Part shown: positions 54,806 to 64,000 of the stretch, in pieces | How the letters are laid out: every line of letters begins with the position of its first letter | Numbering within the stretch: position 1 is the stretch's first letter | Source: Proteromonas lacertae | Taxonomy: Eukaryota | Direction: 5' to 3' | Assembly: GCA_002245135.1 (NCBI GenBank) | Contig: NGBS01000324.1 | Location: 1-64,000, forward strand | Length of the DNA: 64,000 nucleotides | Notes under the pieces: generated by a model | Database searches by the model: none | Seen by the model: the letters and a program-made list of their open reading frames with translations, nothing else | Told to the model about the DNA's origin: nothing | Position numbers and translations under genes: made by a program

Positions 54806-57800
54806 ATGTCGAATTTTTTGAAAATACTAGTCGTTTTGTGTACACAATATGATTTTCGTTTTCATTTTAATTTTAACAGTTGTTGGTATAATTCATATTT
54901 GATATTATTGTTTAATATAGGGTCTTTTTGTCCAGAGTTAAAGAATGATTCATATGCCCATTGGCATAAAGCATATGAAGGAGTTGTTTACGCGAAGTGT
55001 TTCGATGGTTATCGAAGTCATGGACCCAATGGAATGCCATTTCGAGAGTGTATAAACGATACTTGGCAGCCAATTGTTCTTCCTTGCCAAAAGTATGAAA
55101 AGAGAGAAATGGATGATTCTGCTGATTGTATATTTTGTGTTATTTATATAAATATTACAATAGGGCCACCGCGTCTTCAAATAGACTTAGATGATATGAA
55201 ATATGAAAGTTTTAACAATACAATCAAGTATTCTGGTGATGTACATGTGAGTGATCCTGATGGATGTTTATTTGCTGAATTATTTGAAAGATCCTACAAT
55301 AATACAATTTTCATTCAGTATGGATTAAGTGGACAAACATATCCAATAAGTGATAGAGATATTCATATCATTAGTACTGCATATTGTTTTCCAGATCATA
55401 AGACAACTTTCCATATTGACGCTATTGTTTCACCAGAACCAACTTACCCTTATTTCTTTGTGAGATTATGTCCACAATCTGATTGTCAAGTGAATGCATC
55501 CTATGTTGTAACTCGTATATAATATTCATATAATAAAACTTATAGAAATTGCTTGTCTTCCAATAACTGAAGCAAATGCAACTCATAATGCAATGGTAGG
55601 TGGTGAAGCTTCAATAGGTGAATGTGCTGAATTTTATTATTATCCAATAGAGGGTCAGAATCCTGAAAGAAAATGTGGACCTGATTTGATATGGGGTGAA
55701 CCTGATACAAAGTGTAAAGAGTTAAGTATATATTCATATATTAATAATGCATTATTATTCAAATAGATCGTCCTAAAGTAACAATAGATTATTCTCATCT
55801 TTTAATATCTTATGATAATCAAATCCATTATAGTGGTTATGTTACAATAACAGCAAAAGAATGTTTGCCACATTCAATTGAAAAAGTATTTATTTACTAC
55901 ACAGCTAATCGTATAGCTGTAACTGGTATAAATACAAATGAATTTATAACTGATTATTGTTGGCCTAATAACAGGGTTGTAGTGAATATAACAAGAATGG
56001 ATGTTCCAAATGATTATACGATATTTTCAATAGGAGGATTTGGTAATAAAAAAAGAGAAAGAAAATCATTTTTAGAATCATTCAGTATCGTTTGTGAAGA
56101 AAAGAATTTCAATCATGTTACAATGGAAAGATCATTTAAAGGTATAGGATATGGAAAATGTGATGAAAGGTATAAATGGAAAGAAGATTTCAAAAGACCA
56201 CAAACAATTTGTAATGGAGAGAATCAATGGGTGGAAAATATAAAATGTGATTATTTTAGTATATTTTACTATAGTTATTAATTAAATAGAACCAGTAATG
56301 AATTATACATTCCAATTAGAATTTAGTGATGATGATAAATATGTATGGGGAGATGCATTAATTGATTCTGTAATATGTTCAAAAGAATCACATACATTTC
56401 CTAAATATTTGTATTTACGATATTGTTATAATAATGATCGTTGGATTTATTTAGATAATATACCTTCATGTCAATTAGAAAGACCATATAGGTTAATGAT
56501 TCCAACAATGACAGGTCTTAATTTTATGGAATTTGAAGTGTCATATGATGGTGGTAATAATAATAATAATTGGTTTGAGAGAAAGAAAAGTATGAATATT
56601 ATGATAATTATTTCAAATAGTTTGGGTTTTTTGTTTAGCAGAGAATAAAGAGAATATCAATTGGCCTAAAACGAGATACACTGATGATGCTATTTTATAT
56701 GATTATGAATGTCCATTATTTCATAAATATGAAGGAGAATCAATAGATAATGGTGATACAATTATTCGTAACTGTTCTCAAAATGGATGGAATAATAATG
56801 ATCATAAATGTGTTTATGTTAAACCAAGTATAATAATATTTATGATTATATTATTATTGAATAGAATTTGGGATGGAAATTAATAATATCACAATTTGGA
56901 ATGACAATCCAAATTACATAACATACACTAGAGTTGAATATAATGTAACTGTGTATGATGAAAATGAATGTGTAGCTAAAAAGCCAGAGAAATTAATATT
57001 CAGAATATATATGTGGGAAAATGGTTATTGGTCACATAATGAAGATAAAGAAATAGATTACTGTTTTCCTGATGAAGGATTAATTGTAACTGGAGGAACA
57101 GGAAGAAATAGGCCAAGATATTTTAAATTGGAATTATTTAATTTACAGAAGAATATTCAATACTATGAGTATCAAGAATGTATGATTATAATATTTCATT
57201 GTATTTTTATTATTTTAATTAGGGATTTCATGTCTTGAAATTGATGATAATAACAATCATTTTCATTGTCCATTTACAATAAAAGGTAAAACAGCTAAGT
57301 GTTGGTGTGATCCTTTATATGAATATCAAGTACCAGGACAATATTTTTACAGAAACTGTACAAATGGTGTAAGTTTTGATCCAGCAGATCAAAAATGTGT
57401 TTGGAGTCCTCCTGATCTAAAAATTAATATAACACAATTAGATTTTTCTTTGGATTATTATTATGGATATGTGAAAGGTAATTTGATAATTAATGATTTA
57501 TCACCAGTTCCTAAATTGTTTGCAGAAAAGTTTGTGTATATTTTAGCATGTTGGACTGATAAAGAGATTGATTTTAATAAAAATCAGGATTGTAGATGGG
57601 CTGAGAATAGATATGTGAGAAAATTTGATTATCCATTTGAGAATAATACATTAGTTATTCCTATCAATCTTAATAGTTATTTTATTAATATGACTCACTT
57701 TACAATAATGATTTCTCGAAATGATAATGGCAGAGATTTATCTAGAGATAGAATGTATGATTACTATCATAAAAGTATATATATTTTGTTTTATTTCATT

Positions 57801-60800
57801 TTTATTTATATAGTTGATCATTGTCAAGCTCAAACTCTATTAGATGGTTCATATGTTAAATATCCAGCATCTTATCCAGGAATAATAAACTCAACATGTA
57901 GTGCTTTCTTTATACCAATGCCAAATGTTACTTTTACAAGAGAATGTAAAGCAGATGGTTTTTGGGCTGATAATGAAGCTAAATGTTGGTTAGGACCAAG
58001 TGATGGTTCTGGAGAAAAATGTATTTATATATATATATATATATATATTTCTATTTTCAATAGTGGATCGATTTATAATAGATATATCAAATTTAACATT
58101 TTCATGGAAAGATAAAAATAGAAAAGGACTAATTTTAAATGGTGTGTTTACTGTAACAGATATATTAAATGGAAGTTGTGCTTTTTGTCCAGATGATGTT
58201 ACACTACAATATGGATTTACAACAACTCTAGGTGATATATTCTATGGAAATAATGTTAGAAATTATAAATATCCTCTTATAAATAATTCTTTTACTGTTG
58301 ATCCACCAAATGAACAATATCCATTTGTTGATGATTCTTTTTTATACATATTTTATGTTCAAATATGTATTGGAGAAGAAGGAGGTAGTTTATGTTCACT
58401 TGCTTTATCTCGTGTGAATAAAATAATAGGTTGTGCTACTAAAATTTATAATGAAATCCGTTTGCCATATATATTAATGGATGAAAATGTTACTTATGGT
58501 TATTGTCCTGAAATATGGGTATATTCACAAGGCTTTCAACCGATAAAAGAATGTGGACCAGATGGTCAGTTTTTAGATATGCATCCAGATATTGAATATT
58601 GCTATTATGATGAACCAATTAGTATTCAATGGGATGTAAAAATGTATTTAATTGAAAATGACTATTTCAGAGTTGAAACTAATTATTGGGTAAGAGATAA
58701 ACATGCTTGTAATTATACAAGACCATATAACAGTTACCGTACAATGGATTTAGTAGGCAAACCAGGTGATGATTATTATTATTGGTATAGCAATAATTAC
58801 CCTGCAGTGTGTGGAGAAGGTCATAATTATACTCATCAATATCATAGACATCGTATTGATACGTATAAGAGAAGTAGTTACTGGGCATATAAAGTTGTTA
58901 GGGCAAAAATAATTACTAATTACAAAGGTATAATTTGGGATAAAGATAGGCAGTTGTATCTTTATCAGAATTATTATGGTTGTCCTCATTACGTTGTGAA
59001 TAGAATAACATTCAATTTTGGTAATAACTCAGAATATAGAACAGGAGATTGTGAATATTTCTCCAATGTGTATGGAAGTTCAGAAAAACCAAAACTTCAA
59101 TGCCTTGGTGATAAATGGGAAGAATTTAACACAAATATTTCATGTAAGTTTGAAGAAAAGCATTTCGAAATTGAAGTAGTAGATTATGCAGCATCAGTGA
59201 CAGAAGATGATTTAGCAAATTTGAATATTACATTGAAATTGATAGATCATGATAATTGTGGCATTTGATTATAAACCAGATTATTTAAAATTAGAATATG
59301 AAATAGGTGAAAATCGATGGTATTATAATCACAGTACAATTGAAGATGTAAGTTATTGCTTTGAGAATGGAGAAACAATAATTAATATTTATAATCTCAC
59401 AGCAAACAATACAGAAGAAATAGATTTTAAAGTTAGATTATGGTATGATAATACCACAATGGTTTTAGCCAGTTTTAGAAGGAGTATATATTTCTATTGT
59501 TATATTTTATAATAGGATATTGGTGTCCATTTTCTACATATAATTATGTAAGATGGGATAAAAGTCCATTTGGAGTTGTTCAAGGTTATTGTCAGCCATT
59601 CTTCAAGAATTCTTCTGATGCTGTTTTAACAAGAACATGTAGAAATGATGGTAATTGGGAAAATGATTATGTATCTGGTTGTTTAGAATTGGATTTACCA
59701 TATTTTTCATTAGAATTTATTAACTTTGAAGGTATGTGGGTAAATGAAACTACAGGTCATTATAATATGTCATTTTCAGTTCATATTGTAAATACACTTT
59801 GTAGAATTATACCAAATTATGGTCATATTAGATTTGCATATACATTTTATGATTCTGATGAAATGGAAAGTTTTCAATTACCATATGTTAATACAAGTAT
59901 ATGTAATACAAAAGCCAGTTATAGCTATACAATATTTGCAGATATACCTCCATCTATAAAATCAAATTATACACTTCATGCCAAAGTGTGTTTTGCAACA
60001 AAATATGAAATATGTGTTCATCCCAGAACTGAAGATGATGTTTGTATATTTATTATTCTTTTTTATTTTATTATTTAATAGTAATAAGATGTATTGGAGA
60101 TGAAGAATACAATGCAACTTGGCCAAGTCAATTGGTTGGATTTAAAAGCGAATGGTACTTGTATTGAAGATCATGTATATGATGGACTTGATTTATATCC
60201 ATCAAGAACTTGTGGTGCTAGAAATAAATGGACAAAACCAAAATTACCATGTCGACCAATGGTTACACCTACTTTTGAATTTGATTTTAGTCATGTTACA
60301 ACCTACTTAGAAAGTGATGATAGAACTGTTTCATTGAATGGCACAATATTTGTTAGAGATTTGAATTTATGTGAAAAATATAAACCATATGTTTATCTTC
60401 AGTATTATATATCTGGTAAAGAAAATGATTATGGAGATGATATATGGAGAGTAGACTATTGTTTTAAGAATAATGTTTTTGCAATTGATTATATAGATTT
60501 TCAAGAGATTGATGTTCTATATTTCAACGCTAGAATCTGTATTGATGATATTGTGAAGAAGTAATTCAAACATACAGTCAATTTTTATTTTGTACAGCTG
60601 ATTATTCATATGAGAATATTGTTTGGCCAAATTCTGTTCCAGGTAATTATACAAAACCATGTGGTGAACCATCTGGTTGGTTAGGTCCAGAAGAATTTCC
60701 AACAAGAGAATGTTATAGAAATGGAACATGGTCAAAATTGCCATATACATGTTATTTACCAAATCATTGGTGTCAAGCTGTTACAAGAGATAATGCGATA

Positions 60801-63800
60801 TGGCCATTATCAATTCCAAAGATTTCATATGGTCGATGTATTGATAATTATGTGAGTGTTGGACCAAATGGCAGACCAATGAGATTATGTACTGAAGATG
60901 GTCAATGGAGTACATTATACTATCCTTGTTATACAAATGATGTGAAATATGTAAAGATATCAATAAAATATGTTGATAGTACAATTGAGAATAATAGATT
61001 CCATGTGAATGGTAAGATTCAAATGGTATATACTAATGATACATGTCGTTCAAATGGTGATTATTTGAATATATTATTAAATGCAACAGGAAAATTTGGT
61101 GTAGTTGATCCAAGTTATTATGAATTAGGATCAATTCTATTCAAATGTTCACTTGGTGTTATTTATGAAGCTGATTTACCTGATTCTATTTATTTGAATC
61201 CTCCAGATAATGAAATTGAAATAGCTATTAATTTAGATGATGGTGTATTAGACAAAGATAGTAAAATATTAGGTTGTTCTAAAGATGAATATTTAAATTC
61301 ATTTTGGAATACTTCTCATTTTGGTATATCCTATGGAACATGTGATGAAGGATTTATGTCTGATGGTGTTAATGGTAAACCTTCTCGATTGTGTAATAAT
61401 GATGGCAAATGGGGATCTGAAGTGAATGATACATGCTATAAACCAACATATCAAGATTTAAAGTTTAATTTTGAGTATATGTCTAAATTTGTTGATGATG
61501 ATACAAATTCCTTCTGTGTTTCTAATTTCATAATGTTTGATCATGTAGGATTATGTCCAGAAGCAGAGAAAGTGTTTGAATTACAATTGTTTTATAGATT
61601 TGGGTAATGAAACAGTAGATAAACAATATGGAACACAAACTGTGGAGTATATATGTGAAGATACAATAAGATTTTATTCACCAGATGTTTGTATTTATTC
61701 ACATTCATCCAACAATATAACATTTACATTATATGCAGATGGAAATCCATCCATCAATACAAATGTAATAATAGGTTGTGCAGAGATAAAAGAAGGTCGT
61801 AATAATTGGTATTCATCATTAGTTGATATACAAGAAGGTTTTTGTGATGAAGGTGGTTATATATCTGAAGGTATAACAGGTCGACCAATTAGAGAATGTC
61901 TAAGTAGTGGTGAATGGGGACCTATTTCTTACCAATGTATTTTACCTGAGTATAAATTCTATACAATCAATGTAACTGATTCATTTGTGAAAGCTGTAGA
62001 AGATGAGTTTTGTTTAGTTACTATTGATGTTAATTATTTTAAAGAAGATTGTAATGGAACAGTTTATAATTATGCAAATCTACTATTCTTTCCATCAAAT
62101 ACAACAACCAACTTAGAATTCTATAACAATTTTACATTTAATTGTTTAGCATCAAGGAATTATCATATAAAACCAGATGGTGATGCTTGTATAAGTGGAA
62201 AGTATAATAAAGTAACATTATGGTTATATAATGATATTGATTATATAATGAATACAACTGTAGATACTGGTTGTCATATTCAGTCATTATCTCATGCTTA
62301 TTTTAATAATTCAATATTTGATCAAGAAATAGAAGGAGTATGTGAAGAAACATATTTAGCAATGAGTGAAAATAGCAAACCAAAAGCGAAATGTCAAAAT
62401 AACAAATTGTTAACAATAATTGACACTTGCTATGCTGATGATTTTTACACTAGTCGAATGGATGTAAATGATTTAGAAGTCTCAATAGCATATGATAGTA
62501 AATTCTGTATAAATAAAGAGATTCATATTTCAATTGAAGATGAATGTCGTGATCCACAAGCACCAATAAAATTGCAACTATTCTATGAAGTAGAGAAAGG
62601 CGAATTAATAAAATATAGTGATATTGATTATAAATGTGAAACATCTCAACTAATAAGTAATTTATGTTTCAATTCATCAATTTACAATGAAATCAAATGG
62701 TTTTTGTATTATGAAGATGAATTATTAGATAATAAGACAATGATATTAGGATGTAAACCATATAGAAGAGAGAGATTTGAATTACCAAGTAGTACATTTG
62801 GTTATAATGTCAGTAGTTGTTCAGAAGGATATGTATATAAAGGAGAAGAGGATAAACCAAAAGGTATTTGTAATAAAGATGGTGTATATGAGAATGTCAC
62901 TTCCAAATGTTTTATACCAACATATATGGATACAAAATTTGAGTTAAAGAATCTGACTGTTTCATTACCTGTAGATATTAATAACACCTTCTCAGTAGGT
63001 GGAATGTTTGTTTACAATTCGAAATGGTTTATGTGATAATGTGAGTGTTGAATTGAGTTTGTCAATTTATTATCAATATGAAGAAAGTGATGATGAAGAG
63101 ACTTATTTCTTTTCAAACTTTACCTATCATTGTAGTGAAGGTGTTATATCAACTCATAGATTTACAGATCCTTTAATGGTGAATGGTAGTTTATATAACA
63201 ATATAACCCTTGTTAAGATATGAAGATACATTAATTAGCAAAAGCAGTTTAGTATTAGGATGTAAAGCAACAGAAGATGAATCAAGTATTTGGGAGAATT
63301 CATTATTAGGTGATGAAATAAATGGAACATGTAAAGAAGGATATGAACTTGAAAATCAGTTAATTCCACCTTGTCGTGTATGTCATAGAAATGCATCTTA
63401 TGGTTATATAATGAATGAATGTCGAAAGATATCCTTACAAAACAAAAGAACAGTCTTCCATTAATAATTGGATTATCTTTAGGATTTTTCTTTTTATTAT
63501 TATTGCTGTTATTGCTGTTAATGTATGTTTATAAGAAATATCGAGATAGTCAAAAAGAAAAAGCAATGAAAACAGTTATACCATCAGATGCTGATATTTC
63601 GTTTAGAACATTACCAAGTAGTGATAGTATTGCATTTAACAAATCAAATTCTTCATCATCAGATGATGGTAATTCAAAAGCATTAACTCCCACATTATTT
63701 ACTAATCCTGTGAAAATGCAAAATAAGAGAAATATACAATTAAAACCAATTGAAAAGCAGAATAAACCAGTGTTAACTTATGTTCCAAAGAAAATGCATT

Positions 63801-64000
63801 TGATACATTTATGTCAGCTAGAAATGATACTACTGTAAATGAAAGTGATTTAACATTGAAAGTTAATAATAATAATGAAAAAGAAGATGAATTTGAATAT
63901 AAACAATGTAAATCACAATAATTTCAATTCAATAATAATAGTAATAATAAGAGCGAAAGTGAAAGTGAAAGTGGTAGTGAAAGTGATAATTCTACTACAC
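54806..64000 (+). CDS. Large (>2,900 aa) type I surface protein: signal peptide, 17 four-Cys HRM/sushi-like modules mostly alternating with ~100-120-aa beta-rich domains, TM and long cytoplasmic tail; 3' end beyond the window
   Basis: The spliced start is MSNFLKILVVLFVGSFCPEL, with 13 GT-AG introns between 54840 and 60081. A typical module is CQAVTRDNAIWPLSIPKISYGRC...PMRLCTEDGQWSTLYYPC. The TM is LPLIIGLSLGFFFLLLLLLLLLMYVY. The 1-nt frameshifts checked (59263, 60137, 60552, 61601) are absent from the left copy. Confidence 0.82.

Larger units (their letters stand above)
54546..64000. repeat. Right arm of the large inverted repeat
   Basis: Reverse complement of 104..9569. Substitutions occur mostly in the inner ~900 bp, and 1-nt indels occur in the outer ~5 kb. 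Confidence 0.97.

Noticed and set aside
104..64000. Giant transposon, Polinton or endogenous virus with terminal inverted repeats
   Set aside because: No transposase, integrase, protein-primed polymerase or capsid ORF is present. The spacer contains intron-bearing housekeeping genes, and the arms are themselves a cellular gene.

Overview
This window is very AT-rich, gene-dense eukaryotic DNA with tiny GT-AG introns of about 25-52 nt in the standard genetic code. It is consistent with a compact protist genome and is Blastocystis-like by intron size and gene content, though the taxon cannot be proven here. The window is one large palindrome: about 9.5-kb inverted arms (104..~9569 and ~54546..64000, both running to the window edges) flank a ~45-kb unique spacer. 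Each arm carries a >2,900-aa single-pass surface protein gene with 17 Cys-rich HRM/sushi-like modules and 13 predicted introns, all phase 1; only the right copy keeps its ATG. The spacer holds four head-to-head gene pairs. (1) An Hsp70/110-ATPase-domain protein lacking its substrate-binding beta domain and ending in a beta-solenoid, paired with a GT31 glycosyltransferase. (2) Two giant (~4,509 and ~4,083 aa) Ig-like/PA14/discoidin/HRM type I membrane proteins. (3) An IQ/EF-hand/zinc-finger protein paired with an ear-less AP-4 epsilon adaptin. (4) SAC3/GANP paired with Exo84. A second, nested ~380-bp inverted repeat copies the membrane-anchor end of one giant gene and brackets an 11.6-kb block. 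No RNA genes, transposases or CRISPR arrays were seen.
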